DNA from: the human T2T-CHM13v2.0 reference genome, Homo sapiens
Direction: 5' to 3'
NCBI GenBank assembly: GCA_009914755.4
Contig: CP068257.2
Location: 576,001 to 640,000, forward strand
Length of the DNA stretch: 64,000 nucleotides
Shown one piece after another: positions 1-14,913 of this stretch. The notes under the pieces were generated by a model, which was not told where the DNA came from, made no database searches, and worked only from the letters and a program-made list of their open reading frames with translations. The number at the start of each line of letters is the position of its first letter. Within the stretch, counting starts at the first letter, position 1. The translations under genes were made by a program, and so were the position numbers.

Positions 1-319
1 TCTTCTCTTGGATCTGCCTATGGGGGCATTGTGACAAATCTCTGCATTGATCAAACAGGTGATGTAACTGTTGTGTAACCTCTGCCTACAGGGGAATTGG
101 GAGAGATCTCGCCACTGATCACCCAAGTGATGTAACCATTGTCTAGGCTTTGCGTACAGGGTGCTTTGTGACATACCTTTGCACTGATCACCCAGGTGAT
201 GTAACACACCTAAGTTCGGCCTAAAGGAGCTTTGTGACATATCTCTGCACTGATCACTTAGGGGATGTAACACTTTTATAAGCACTGCCTACAGGGAATT
301 TTGACGAATCTCTGCACTG

Positions 320-333
320 ATCACCTAGGTGAT
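320..333. other. Representative perfect 14-bp palindrome ATCACCTAGGTGAT (AvrII CCTAGG core), a variant of the monomer dyad
   Basis: Read directly from the sequence. It recurs once per HOR at this monomer position (e.g. 2359-2372) and at a few other monomer positions. Confidence 0.6.
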
Positions 334-1477
334 GTAACTCTTGTCTACCCTCTGTCCAACGGGGCATTGTGAAATATCTCTGCACTGATCACCCAGGTGA
401 TTCAACTCTTGACTAGGATCTGCCTACAGAGGTTATTGTGAAATATCTCTACACTGATAAACTAAGTGGTGTAACCCTTGTCCAAGCTCTGCCTACAGGG
501 GCGTTTTCACATATCCCTGAACTGATGACAAAGGTGATGTAACTTTGCCTAGGCTTTGCTTACAGGGGACATTGGACATATATCTGCACTGATCACCCAG
601 GTGATGCAACTCTTGCCTAGGCTTTGCCTACAGGGGACATTGTGACATATCTCTTCAATGATCACCCATGTGATGCAACTCTTGCCTAGGCTTTGCCTAC
701 AGGGGACATTGTGACATATCTCTGCACTGATCTCCCAGGGGCTGTAACTTTATTCTAGGCTCTGGCTACACGGCATTGTGACATATCACTGCTCTGATCA
801 ACCAGGTGATATAACCCTTGTCTAGGCTCTGCCTCCAGGGGGCTTGTGACACATCTCTGCACTGATCACCTAGCTGTTATAACTCTTCTCTAGGATCTGC
901 CTACATGGTGCTTTGTGACATATCCCTGCACTCATCACCCAGGTGATCTAACACTGGTCTAAGCTCTGCCTAAAGGGGCATTGTGACAGATCTCTGCACT
1001 GATCACTCAGGTGATGTAACTATTGTCTAGGCTCTGCTTAAAGAGGCCTTGTCACATATCTCTGCACTGGTCAACCAGGTGATGTAACTGTTGTCTAGGC
1101 TCTGCTTCCAGGGCATATTGTGACATATCTATGCACTGATCACCTTAGTGATGTAACCCTTGTGTAGGCTCGGCCTACAGGGGAATCTTGACCTATCTCT
1201 GCACTGTTAACCGAGGTGATTTAACTCTTGTCTAGGCTGTGCCCTCAGGGGGATTGAGACATATCTCTGCACTGATCCCTAAGTGATCCAACTATTGCCT
1301 GGTCTCTGCCTACTAGTGATATTAAGACATACCTCTGCACTGATCTCCCAGGTGCTGCAACATTAGTCTAGGCTCTGGCTACACGGCATTGTGACATATC
1401 TCTGCACTGATCACCCACGTGATGTAACTCTTGCCTAGGCTCTGCCTACAATGGTCTTGTGACATATCTCTGCACTG

Positions 1478-1491
1478 ATCACCCAGGTGAT
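1478..1491. other. Representative instance of the per-monomer imperfect dyad ATCACC-CA-GGTGAT, containing the E-box CAGGTG and a GATC site
   Basis: atcacccaggtgat has 6-bp inverted arms around a 2-nt centre. It is present at the same phase in the large majority of monomers. Any function is unknown. Confidence 0.6.
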
Positions 1492-2045
1492 ATAACTGTT
1501 CTCTAGGATCTGACCACAGGGTGCTTTGTGACATATCCCTGCAATGATCACCCAGGTGATATAACTGTTCTCTAGGATCTGACCACAGGGTGTTTTGTGA
1601 CTTATCCCTGCAATGATCACCCAGGTGATATACCACTTGCCAAGGCTCTGCCTACAGGGGCATTGCAATGTATCTCTGCACTGATCACCTAGGTCTTGTA
1701 ACTCTTTTCTAGGATCTGCCTACAGGGTGCTTTGTGACGTATCCCAGCAAGGATTACCAAGGTGCTGTACCTCTCATCAAGGCTCTGCCTGCAGGCACAT
1801 TGCGATGTATCTCTGCACTGATCACCTAGGTCATGTAACTTTTGTCTACGCTCTGCCTACGATGGCATTGTGACATATCTCTGCACTAATCATCCAATGA
1901 TGTAACTCTTGTCTAGGATCTGCCTAAATTAACTTTGTGACATAACCCTGTAGTGATCATCCAGGTGATGGGGCTTTTGTCTAGGCTCTGCCTAAGGGGG
2001 CATTGTGACATATTTCTGCATTGATCACCCAGGTGGCGAACTCTT

Positions 2046-3543
2046 CTCTTGGATCTGCCTATGGGGGCATTGTGACAAATCTCTGCACTGATCACCCAGG
2101 TGATGTAACTGTTGTGTAACCTCTGCCTACAGGGGAATTGGGAGAGATCTCGCCACTGATCACCCAAGTGATGTAACCATTGTCTAGGCTTTGCGTACAG
2201 GGTGCTTTGTGACATACCTTTGCACTGATCACCCAGGTGATGTAACACACCTAAGTTCGGCCTAAAGGAGCTTTGTGACATATCTCTGCACTGATCACTT
2301 AGGTGATGTAACACTTTTATAAGCACTGCCTACAGGGAATTTTGACGAATCTCTGCACTGATCACCTAGGTGATGTAACTCTTGTCTAGCCTCTGTCCAA
2401 CGGGGCATTGTGAAATATCTCTGCACTGATCACCCAGGTGATTCAACTCTTGACTAGGATCTGCCTACAGAGGTTATTGTGAAATATCTCTGCACTGATA
2501 AACTAAGTGGTGTAACCCTTGTCCAAGCTCTGCCTACAGGGGCGTTTTCACATATCCCTGAACTGATGACAAAGGTGATGTAACTTTGCCTAGGCTTTGC
2601 CTACAGGGGACATTGGACATATCTCTGCACTGATCACCCAGGTGATGCAACTCTTGCCTAGGTTTTGCCTACAGGGGACATTGTGACATATCTCTTCAAT
2701 GATCACCCATGTGATGCAAATCTTGCCTAGGCTTTGCCTACAGGGGACATGGTGACGTATCTCTGTACTGATCAACCAGGTGATATAACTCTTTTCTAGG
2801 CTCTGCCTCCAGGGGGCTTGTGACATATCTCTGCACTGATCACCCAGGTGATATAACTCTTCACTAGGATCTCACTACAGGGTGCTTTGTGATATATCTC
2901 TGCACTTATCACCCACGAGATATAACTCTTGCCTAGGCTCTGCCTACAATGGTCTTGTGACATATCTCTGCACTGATCACCCAGGTGATATAACTGTTCT
3001 CTAGGATCTGACCACAGGGTGCTTTGTGACATATCCCTGCAATGATCACCCAGGTGATATAACTGTTCTCTAGGATCTGACCACAGGGTGTTTTGTGACT
3101 TATCCCTGCAATGATCACCCAGGTGATATACCACTTGCCCAGGCTCTGCCTACAGGGGCATTGCAATGTATCTCTGCACTGATCACCTAGGTCTTGTAAC
3201 TATTTTCTAGGATCTGCCTACAGGGTGCTTTGTGACGTATCCCAGCAAGGATTACCCAGGTGCCGTAACTCTCATCAAGGCTCTGCCTGCAGGCACATTA
3301 CGATGTATCTCTGCACTGATCACCTAGGTCATGTAACTTTTGTCTACGCTCTGCCTACGATGGCATTGTGACATATCTCTGCACTAATCATCCAATGATG
3401 TAACACTTGTATAGGATCTGCCTAAATTAACTTTGTGACATAACCCTGTAGTGATCATCCAGGTGATGGGGCTTTTGTCTAGACTCTGCCTAAGGGGGCA
3501 TTGTGACATATTTCTGCATTGATCCCCCAGGTGGCGAACTATT
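2046..3543. repeat. HOR copy 2 (22-mer, 1498 bp; 8-monomer deficit)
   Basis: Marker spacing 1498 = 22 x 68. Internal fusion at about 2740-2900 (gacatggtgacgtatctctgtactgatcaaccagg ... cttatcacccacgagatataac). Confidence 0.75.
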
Positions 3544-5042
3544 CTCTTGGATCTGCCTATGGGGGCATTGTGACAAATCTCTGCACTGATCACCCAGGTG
3601 ATGTAACTGTTGTGTATCCTCTGCCTACAGGGGAATTGTGAGAGATCTCGCCACTGATCACCCAAGTGATGTAATCATTGTCTAGGCTTTGCGTACAGGG
3701 TGCTTTGTGACATACCTTTGCACTGATCACCCAGGTGATGTAACACACCTAAGTTCGGCCTAAAGGAGCTTTGTGACATATCTCTGCACTGATCACTTAT
3801 GTGATGTAACACTTTTATAAGCACTGCCTACAGGGAATTTTGACGAATCTCTGCACTGATCACCTAGGTGATGTAACTCTTGTCTACCCTCTGTCCAACG
3901 GGGCATTGTGAAATATCTCTGCAGTGATCACCCAGGTGATTCAACTCTTGACTAGGATCTGCCTACAGAGGTTATTGTGAAATATCTCTGCACTGATAAA
4001 CTAAGTGTTGTAACCCTTGTCCAAGCTCTGCCTACAGGGGCGTTTTCACATATCCCTGAACTGATGACAAAGGTGATGTAACTTTGCCTAGGCTTTGCCT
4101 ACAGGGGACATTGGACATATCTCTGCACTGATCACCCAGGTGATGCAACTCTTGCCTAGGCTTTGCCTACAGGGGACATTGTGACATATCTCTTCAATGA
4201 TCACCCATGTGATGCAACTCTTGCCTAGGCTTTGCCTACAGGGGACATGGTGACATATCTCTGCACTGATCAACCAGGTGATATAACTCTTTTCTAGGCT
4301 CTGCCTCCAGGGGGCTTGTGACATATCTCTGCACTGATCACCCAGGTGATATAACTCTTCTCTAGGATCTGACTACAGGGTGCTTTGTGATATATCTCTG
4401 CACTTATCACCCACGAGATATAACTCTTGCCTAGGCTCTGCCTAAAATGGGCTTGTGACATATCTCTGCACTGATCACCCAGGTGATATAACTGTTCTCT
4501 AGGATCTGACCACAGGGTGCTTTGTGACATATCCCTGCAATGATCACCCAGGTGATATAACTGTTCTCTAGGATCTGACCACAGGGTGTTTTGTGACTTA
4601 TCCCTGCAATGATCACCCAGGTGGTATACCACCTGCCAAGGCTCTGCCTACAGGGGCATTGCAATGTATCTCTGCACTGATCACCTAGGTCTTGTAACTC
4701 TTTTCTAGGATCTGCCTACAGGGTGCTTTGTGACGTATCCCAGCAAGGATTACCCAGGTGCTGTACCTCTCATCAAGGCTCTGCCTGCAGGCACATTGCG
4801 ATGTATCTCTGCACTGATCACCTAGGTCATGTAACTTTTGTCTAGGCTCTGCCTACGATGGCATTGTGACATATCTCTGCACTAATCATCCAAGTGTTGT
4901 AACTCTTGTCTAGGATCTGCTTAAATTAACTTTGTGACATAACCCTGTAGTGATCATCCAGGTGATGGGGCTTTTGTCTAGGCTCTGCCTAAGGGGGCAT
5001 TGTGACATATTTCTGCATTGATCACCCAGGTGGCGAACTCTT
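3544..5042. repeat. HOR copy 3 (22-mer, 1499 bp; same deficit as copy 2)
   Basis: Marker spacing 1499. It repeats the fusion points of copy 2 (4240-4400). Confidence 0.75.
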
Positions 5043-6745
5043 CTCTTGGATCTGCCTATGGGGGCATTGTGACAAATCTCTGCACTGATCACCCAGGTGA
5101 TGTAACGGTTGTGTAACCTCTGCCTACAGGGGAATTGTGAGAGATCTCGCCACTGATCACCCAAGTGATGTAACCATTGTCTAGGCTTTGCGTACAGGGT
5201 GCTTTGTGACATACCTTTGCACTGATCACCCAGGTGATGTAACATATCTACGTTCGGCCTAAAGGAGCTTTGTGACATATCTCTGCACTGATCACTTAGG
5301 TGATGCAACTCTTTCCTAGACTTTGCCTACAGGGGACATTGTGACATAATTCTTCAATGATCACCCATGTGATGCAACTCTTGCCTAGGCTTTGCCTACA
5401 GGGGAAATTGTGACATATCTCTGCACTTATCTCCCAGGGGCTGTAACTTTAGTCTAGGCTCTGGCTACACGGCATTGTGACATATCACTGCACTGATCAA
5501 CCAGGTGATATAACTCTTCTCTAGGCTCTACCTCCAGGGGGCTTGTGACATATCTCTGCACTGATCACCCAGGTGATATAACTCTTCTCTAGGATCTGCC
5601 TACAGGGTGCTTTGTGACATATCCCTGCACTGATCACCCAGGTAATCTAACACTGTTCTAAGCTCTGCCTAAAGGGGCATTGTGACAGATCTCAGCACTG
5701 ATCACTCTGGTGATGTAACTGTTGTCTAGGCTCTGCTTAAAGAGGCCTTGTCACATATCTCTGCACTGGTCACCCAGGTGATGTAACTCTTGTCTAGGCT
5801 CTGCTTCCAGGGCATATTGTGACATATCTATGCACTGATCACCTTACTGATGGAACCCTTGTGTAGGCTCGGCCTACAGGGGAATCTTGACCTATCTCTG
5901 CACTGTTAACCGAGGTGAATTAACTCTTGTCTAGGCTGTGCCCACAGGGGGATTGAGATATATCTCTGCACTGATACCGAAGTGATCCAACTTTTGCCTG
6001 GTCTCTGCCTACTAGGGACATTGTGACATATCTCTGCACTGATCTCCCAGGTGCTGTAACTTTAGTCTCGGCTCTGGCTACACGGCATTGTGACATATCT
6101 CTGCACTGATCACCCACGTGATGTAACACTTGCCTAGGCTCTGCCTACAATGGTCTTGTGACATATCTCTGCACTGATCACCCAGGTGATATAACTGTTC
6201 TCTAGGATCTCACCACAGGCTGCTTTGTGACATATCCCTGCAATGATCACCCAGGTGATGTAACTCTTCTCTAGGATCTGACCACAGGGTGTTTTGTGAC
6301 TTATCCCTGCAATGATCACCCAGCTGATATACCACTTGCCAAGGCTCTGCCTACAGGGGCATTGCAATGTATCTCTGCACTGATCACCTAGGTCTTGTAA
6401 CTCTTTTCTAGGATCTGCCTACAGGGTGCTTTGTGACGTATCCCAGCAAGGATTACCCAGGTGCTGTACCTCTCATCAAGGCTCTGCCTGCAGGCACATT
6501 GCGATGTATCTCTGCACTGATCACCTAGGTCATGTAACTTTTGTCTACGCTCTGCCTACGATGGCATTGTGACATATCTCTTCACTAATCATCCAAGTGA
6601 TGTAACTCTTGTCTAGGATCTGCCTAAATTAATTTTGTGACATAACCCTGTAGTGATCATCCAGGTGATGTGTCTTTTGTCTAGGCTCTGCCTAAAGGGG
6701 CATTGTGACATATTTCTGCATTGATCACCCAGGTGGCGAACTCTT
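5043..6745. repeat. HOR copy 4 (25-mer, 1703 bp)
   Basis: Marker spacing 1703 = 25 x 68. Confidence 0.75.
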
Positions 6746-8787
6746 CTCTTGGATCTGCCTATGGGGGCATTGTGACAAATCTCTGCACTGATCACCCAGG
6801 TGATGTAACAGTTGTGTAACCTCTGCCTACAGGGGAATTGTGAGAGATCTCGCCACTGATCACCCAAGTGATGTAGCCATTGTCTAGGCTTTGCGTACAG
6901 GGTGCTTTGTGACATACCTTTGCACTGATCACCCAGGTGATGTAACACATCTAAGTTCGGCCTAAAGGAGCTTTGTGACATATCTCTGCACTGATCACTT
7001 AGGGGATGTAACACTTTTATAAGCACTGCCTACAGGGAATTTTGACGAATCTCTGCACTGATCACCTAGGTGATGTAACTCTTGTCTACCCTCTGTCCAA
7101 CGGGGCATTGTGAAATATCTCTGCACTGATCACCCAGGTGATTCAACTCTTGACTAGGATCTGCCTACAGAGGTTATTGTGAAATATCTCTGCACTGATA
7201 AACTAAGTGGTGTAACACTTGTCCAAGCTCTGCCTACAGGGGCGTTTTCACATATCCCTGAAGTGATGACAAAGGTGATGTAACTTTGCCTAGGCTTTGC
7301 CTACAGGGGACATTGGACATATATCTGCACTGATCACCCAGGTGATGCAACTCTTGCCCAGGCTTTGCCTACAGGGGACATTGTGACATATCTCTTCAAT
7401 GATCACCCATGTGATGCAACTCTTGCCTAGGCTTTGCCCACAGGGGACATTGTGACATATTTCTGCACTGATCTCCCAGGGGCTGTAACTTTAGTCTAGG
7501 CTCTGGCTACACGGCATTGTGACATATCACTGCACTGATCAACCAGGTGATATAACTCTTGTCTAGGCTCTGCCTCCAGGGGGCTTGTGACATATCTCTG
7601 CACTGATCACCCAGGTGATATAACTCTTCTCTAGGATCTGCCTGCAGGGTGCTTTGTGACATATCCCTGCACTGATCACCCAGGTGATCTAACACTGGTC
7701 TAAGCTCTGCCTAAAGGGGCATTGTGACAGATCTCTGCACTGATCACTCTGGTGATGTAACTGTTGTCTAGGCTGTGCTTAAAGAGGCCTTGTCACATAT
7801 CTCTGCACTGGTCACCCAGGTGATGTAACTCTTGTCTAGGCTCTGCTTCCAGGGCATATTGTGACATATCTATGCACTGATCACCTTACTGATGTAACCC
7901 TTGAGTAGGCTCGGCCTACAGGGGAATCTTGACCTATCTCTGCACTGCTAACCGAGGTGATTTCACTCTTGTCTAGGCTGTGCCCACAGGGGGATTGAGA
8001 CATATCTCTGCACTGATCCCGAAGTGATCCAACTCTTGCCTTGCCTCTGCCTACTAGGGACATTGTGACATATCTCTGCACTGATCTCCCAGGTGCTGTA
8101 GCTTTAGTCTAGGCTCTGGCTACACGGCATTGTGACATACCTCTGCACTGATCACCCACGTGATGTAACTCTTGCCTAGGCTCTGCCTACAATGGTCTTG
8201 TGACTTATCTCTGCACTGATCACCCAGGTGATATAACTGTTCTCTAGCATCTGACAACAGGGTGCTTTGTGACATATCCCTGCAATGATCACCCAGGTGA
8301 TATAACTGTTCTCTAGGATCTGACCACAGGGTGTTTTGTGACTTATCCCTGCAATGATCACCCAGGTGATATACCACTTGCCAAGGCTCTGCCTACAGGG
8401 GCATTGCAATGTATCCCTGCACTGATCACCTAGGTCTTGTAACTCTTTTCTAGGATCTGCCTACAGGGTGCTTTGTGACGTATCCCAGCAAGGATTACTC
8501 AGGTGCTGTACCTCTCATCAAGGCTCTGCCTGCAGGCACATTGCGATGTATCTCTGCACTGATCACCTAGGTCATGTAACTTTTGTCTACGCTCTGCCTA
8601 CGATGGCATTGTGACATATCTCTACACTAATCATCCAAGTGATGTAACTCTTGTCTAGGATCTGCCTAAATTAACTTTGTGACATAACCCTGTAGTGATC
8701 ATCCAGGTGATGGGGCTTTTATCTAGGCTCGGCCTAAGGGGGCATTGTGACATATTTCTGCATTGATCACCCAGGTGGCGAACTCTT
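6746..8787. repeat. HOR copy 5 (30-mer, 2042 bp)
   Basis: Marker spacing. Confidence 0.8.
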
Positions 8788-10829
8788 CTCTTGGATCTGC
8801 CTATGGGGGCATTGTGACAAATCTCTGCACTGATCACCCAGGTGATGTAACTGTTGTGTAACCTCTGCCTACAGGGGAATTGGGAGAGATCTCGCCACTG
8901 ATCACCCAAGTGATGTAACCATTGTCTAGGCTTTGCGTACAGGGGGCTTTGTGACATACCTTTGCACTGATCACCCAGGTGATGTAACACATCTAAGTTC
9001 GGCCTAAAGGAGCTTTGTGATATATCTCTGCACTGCTCACTTAGGTGATTTAACACTTTTATAAGCACTGCCTACAGGGAATTTTGACGAATCTCTGCAC
9101 TAATGACCTAGGTGATGTAACTCTTGTCTACCCTCTGTCCAACGGGGCATTGTGAAATATCTCTGCACTGATCACCCAGGTGATTCAACTCTTGACTAGG
9201 ATCTGCCTACAGAGGTTATTGTGAAATATCTCTGCACTGATAAACTAAGTGGTGTAACCCTTGTCCAAGCTCTGCCTATAGGGGTGTTTTCACATATCCC
9301 TGAAGTGATGACAAAGGTGATGTAACTTTGCCTAGGCTTTGCCTACAGGGGACAATGGACATATATCTGCACTGATCACCCAGGTGATGCAACTCTTGCC
9401 TAGGCTTTGCCTACAGGGGTCATTGTGACATATCTCTTCAAGGATCACCCATGTGATGCAACTCTTGCCTAGGCTTTGCCTACAGGGGACATTGTGACAT
9501 ATCTCTGAACTGATCTCCCAGGGGCTGTAACTTTAGTCTAGGCTCTCGCTACACGGCATTGTGACATATCACTGCACTGATCAACCAGGTGATATAACTC
9601 TTGTCTAGGCTCTGCCTCCAGGGGGCTTGTGACATATCTCTGCACTGATCACCCAGGTGATATAACTCTTCTCTAGGATCTGCCTACAGGGTGCTTTGTG
9701 ACATATCCCTGCACTGATCACCCAGGTGATCTAACACTGGTCTAAGCTCTGCCTAAAGGGGCATTGTGACAGATCTCTGCACTGATCACTGAGATGATGT
9801 AACCGTTGTCTAGGCTCTGCTTAAAGAGGTCTTGTCACATATCTCTGCACTGGTCACCCAGGTGATGTAACTCTTGTCTAGGCTCTGCTTCCAGGGCATA
9901 TTGTGACATATCTATGCACTGATCACCTTAGTGATGTAACCCTTGTGTAGGCTCGGCCTACAGGGGAATCTTGACCTATCTCTGCACTGCTAACCGAGGT
10001 GATTTCACTCTTGTGTAGGCTGTGCCCACAGGGGGATTGAGACATATCTCTGCACTGATCCCGAAGTGATCCAACTCTTGCCTGGTCTCTGCCTACTAGG
10101 GACATTGTGACATATCTCTGCACTGATCTCCCAGGTGCTGTAACTTTAGTCTAGGCTCTGGCTACACGGCATTGTGACATACCTCTGCACTGATCACCCA
10201 CGTGATGTAACTCTTGCCTAGGCTCTGCCTACAATGGTCTTGTGACATATCTCTGCACTGATCACCCAGGTGATATAACTGTTCTCTAGCATCTGACCAC
10301 AGGGTGCTTTGTGACATATCCCTGCAATGATCACCCAGGAGATATAACTGTTCTCTAGGATCTGACCACAGGGTGTTTTTTGACTTCTCCCTGCAATGAT
10401 CACCCAGGTGATATACCACTTGCCAAGGCTCTGCCTACAGGGACATTGCAATGTATCTCTGCACTGATCACCTAGGTCTTGTAACTCTTTTCTAGGATCT
10501 GCCTACAGGGTGCATTGTGACGTATCCCAGCAAGGATTACCCAGGTGCTGTACCTCTCATCAAGGCTCTGCCTGCAGGCACATTGCGATGTATCTCTGCA
10601 CTGATCACCTAGGTCATGTAACTTTTGTCTACGCTCTGCCTACGATGGCATTGTGACATATCTCTGCACTAATCATCCAAGTGATGTAACTCTTGTCTAA
10701 GATCTGCCTAAATTAACTTTGTGACATAACCCTGTAGTAATCATCCAGGTGATGGGGCTTTTGTCTAGGCTCTGCCTAAGGGGGCATTGTGACATATTTC
10801 TGCATTGATCACCCAGGTGGCGAACTCTT
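8788..10829. repeat. HOR copy 6 (30-mer, 2042 bp)
   Basis: Marker spacing. Confidence 0.8.
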
Positions 10830-12871
10830 CTCTTGGATCTGCCTATGGGGGCATTGTGACAAATCTCTGCACTGATCACCCAAGTGATGTAACTGTTGTG
10901 TAACCTCTGCCTACAGGGGAATTGGGAGAGATCTCGCCACTGATCACCCAAGTGATGTAACCATTGTCTAGGCTTTCCGTACAGGGTGCTTTGTGACATA
11001 CCTTTGCACTGATCACCCAGGTGATGTAACACATCTAAGTTCGGCCTAAAGGAGCTTTGTGACATATCTCTGCACTGATCACTTAGGTGATGTAACACTT
11101 TTATAAGCACTGCCTACAGGGAATTTTGACGAATCTCTGCACTGATCACCTAGGTGATGTAACTCTTGTCTACCCTCTGTCCAACGGGGCATTGTGAAAT
11201 ATCTCTGCACTGATCACCCAGGTGATTCAACTCTTGACTAGGATCTGCCTACAGAGGTTATTGTGAAATATCTCTGCACTGATAAACTAAGTGGTGTAAC
11301 CCTTGTCCAAGCTCTGCCTACAGGGGCGTTTTCACATATCCCTGAAGTGATGACAAAGGTGATGTAACTTTGCCTAGGCTTTGCCTACAGGGGACAATGG
11401 ACATATATCTGCACTGATCACCCAGGTGATGCAATTCTTGCCTAGGCTTTGCCTACAGGGGACATTGTGACATATCTCTTCAATGTTCACCGATGTGATG
11501 CAACTCTTGCCTAGGCTTTGCCTACTGGGGACATTGTGACATATCTCTGTACTGATCTCCCAGGGGCTGTAACTTTATTCTAGGCTCTGGCTACACGGCA
11601 TTGTGACATATCACTGCACTGATCAACCAGGTGATATAACTCTTGTCTAGGCTCTGCCTCCAGGGGGCTTGTGACATATCTCTGCACTGATCACCCAGGT
11701 GATATAACTCTTCTCTAGGATCTGCCTACAGGGTGCTTTGTGACATATCCCTGCACTGAACACCCAGGTGATCTAACACTGGTCTAAGCTCTGCCTAAAG
11801 GGGCATTGTGACAGATCTCTGCACTGATCACTCAGGTGATGTAATCCTTGTCTAGGCTCTGCTTAAAGAGGCCTTGTCACATATCTCTGCACTGGTCACC
11901 CAGGTGATGTAACTCTTGTCTAGGCTCTGCTTCCAGGGCATATTGTGACATATCTGTGCACTGATCACCTTAGTGATGTAACCCTTGTGTAGGCTCGGCC
12001 TACAGGGGAATCTTGACCTATCTCTGCACTGCTAACCGAGGTGATTTAACTCTTGTGAAGGCCGTGCCCACAGGGGGATTGAGACATATCTCTGCACTGA
12101 TCCCGAAGTGATCCAACTCTTGCCTGGTCTCTGCCTACTAGGGACATTGTGATATATCTCTGCACTGATCTCCCAGGTGCTGTAACTTTAGTCTAGGCTT
12201 TGGCTACACGGCATTGTGACATATCTCTGCACTGATCACCCACGTGATGTAACTCTTGCCTATGCTCTGCCTACAATGGTCTTGTGACATATCTCTGCAC
12301 TGATCACCCAGGTGATATAACTGTTCTCTAGCATCTGACCACAGGGTGCTTTGTGACATATCCCTGCAATGATCACCCAGGTGATATAACTGTTTTCTGG
12401 AATCTGACCATAGGGTGTTTTGTGACTTATCCCTGCAATGATCACCCAGGTGATATACCACTTGCCAAGGCTCTGCCTACAGGGACATTGCAATGTATCT
12501 CTGCACTGATGACCTAGGTCTTGTAACTCTTTTCTAGGATCTGCCTACAGGGTGCTTTGTGACGTATCCCAGCAAGGATTACCCAGGTGCTGTACCTCTC
12601 ATCAAGGCTCTGCCTGCAGGCACATTGCGATGTATCTCTGCACTGATCACCTAGGTCATGTAACATTTGTCTACGATCTGCCTACGATGGCATTGTGACA
12701 TATCTCTGCACTAATCATCCAAGTGATGTAACTCTTTTCTAGGATCTGCCTAAATTAACTTTGTGACATAACCCTGTAATGATCATCCAGGTGATGGGGC
12801 TTTTGTCTAGGCTCTGCCTAAGGGGGCATTGTGACATATTTCTGCATTGATCACCCAGGTGGCGAACCCTT
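10830..12871. repeat. HOR copy 7 (30-mer, 2042 bp)
   Basis: Marker spacing. Confidence 0.8.
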
Positions 12872-14913
12872 CTCTTGGATCTGCCTATGGGGACATTGTG
12901 ACAAATCTCTGCACTGATCACCCAGGTGATGTAACTGTTGTGTAACCTCTGCCTACAGGGGAATTGTGAGAGATCTCGCCACTGATCACCCAAGTGATGT
13001 AACCATTGTCTAGGCTTTGCGTACAGGGTGCTTTGTGACATACCTTTGCACTGATCACCCAGGTGATGTAACACATCTAAGTTCGGCCTAAAGGAGCTTT
13101 GTGACATATCTCTGCACTGATCACTTAGGGGATGTAACACTTTTATAAGCAGTGCCTACAGGGAATTTTGACGAATCTCTGTACTGATCACCTAGGTGAT
13201 GTAACTCTTGTCTACCCTCTGTCCAACGGGGCATTGTGAAATAACTCTGCACTGATCACCCAGGTGATTCAACTCTTGACTAGGATCTGCCTACAGAGGT
13301 TATTGTGAAATATCTCTGCACTGATAAACTAAGTGGTGTAACCCTTGTCCAAGCTCTGCCTACAGAGGCGTTTTCACATATCCCTGAAGTGATGACAAAG
13401 GTGATGTAACTTTGACTAGGCTTTGCCTACAGGGGACATTGGATATATATCTGCACTGATCACCCAGGTGATGCAACTCTTGCTTAGGCTTTGCCTACAG
13501 GGGACATTATGACATATCTCTTCAATGATCTCCCATGTGATGCAACTCTTGCCTAGGCTTTGCCTACAGGGGACATTGTGACATATCTCTGCACTGATCT
13601 CCCAGGGGTTGTAACTTTAGTCTAGGCTCTGGCTACACGGCATTGTGACATATCACTGCACTGATCAACCAGGTGATATAACTCTTGTCTAGGCTCTGCC
13701 TCCAGGGGGCTTGTGACATATCTCTGCACTGATCACCCAGGTGATATAACTCTTCTCTAGGATCTGCCTACAGGGTGCTTTGTGACATATCCCTGCACTG
13801 ATCACCCAGGTGATCTAACACTGGTCTAAGCTCTGCCTAAAGGGGCATTGTGACAGATCTCTGCACTGATCACTCAGGTGATGTAACTGTTGTCTAGGCT
13901 CTGCTTAAAGAGGCCTTGTCACATATCTCTGCACTGGTCACCCAGGTGATGTAACTCTTGTCTAGGCTCTGCTTCCAGGGCATATTGTGACATATCTATG
14001 CACTGATCACCTTAGTGATGTAACCCTTGTGTAGGCTCGGCCTACAGGGGAATCTTGACCTATCTCTGCACTGCTAACCGAGGTGATTTCACTCTTGGGT
14101 AGGCTGTGCCCACAGGGGGATTGAGACATATCTCTGCACTGATCCCGAAGTGATCCAACTCTTGCCTGGTCTCTGCCTACTAGGGACATTGTGACATATC
14201 TCTGTACTGATCTCCCAGGTGCTGTAACATTAGTCTAGGCTCTGGCTACACGGCATTGTGACATACCTCTGCACTGATCACCCACGTGATGTAACTCTTG
14301 CCTAGGCTCTGCCTACAATGGTCTTGTGACATATCTCTGCACTGATCTCCCAGGTGATATAACTGTTCTCTAGCATCTGACCACAGGGTGCTTTGTGACA
14401 TATCCCTGCAATGATCACCCAGGTGATATAACTGTTCTCTAGGATCTGACCACAGGGTGTTTTTTGACTTATCCCTGCAATGATCACCCAGGTGATATAC
14501 CACTTGCCAAGGCTCTGCCTACAGGGGCATTGCAATGTATCTCTGCACTGATCACCTAGGTCTTGTAACTCTTTTCTAGGATCTGCCTACAGGGTGCTTT
14601 GTGACGTATCCCAGCAAGGATTACCCAGGTGCTGTACCTCTCATCAAGGCTCTGCCTGCAGGCACATTGCGATGTATCTCTGCACTGATCACCTAGGTCA
14701 TGTAACTTATGTCTACGCTCTGCCTACGATGGCATTGTGACATATCTCTGCACTAATCATCCAAGTGATGTAACTCTTGTCTAAGATCTGCCTAAATTAA
14801 CTTTGTGACATAACCCTGTAGTAATCATCCAGGTGATGGGGCTTTTGTCTAGGCTCTGCCTAAGGGGGCATTGTGACATATTTCTGCATTGATCACCCAG
14901 GTGGCGAACTCTT
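12872..14913. repeat. HOR copy 8 (30-mer, 2042 bp)
   Basis: Marker spacing. Shares the private variant ttcactcttgggtaggctgtg with copy 9. Confidence 0.8.

Larger units (their letters stand above)
5..2045. repeat. HOR copy 1 (domain A, 30-mer, 2041 bp)
   Basis: Spans marker to marker. Bases 1-60 are identical to 2041-2100. Confidence 0.8.

Noticed and set aside
320-333. Perfect 14-bp palindrome ATCACCTAGGTGAT as possible terminal inverted repeats of a transposon, or an operator site
   Set aside because: It occurs at fixed positions in the HOR as a variant of the ordinary monomer dyad. There are no flanking target-site duplications and no transposase ORF. It is part of the satellite unit.
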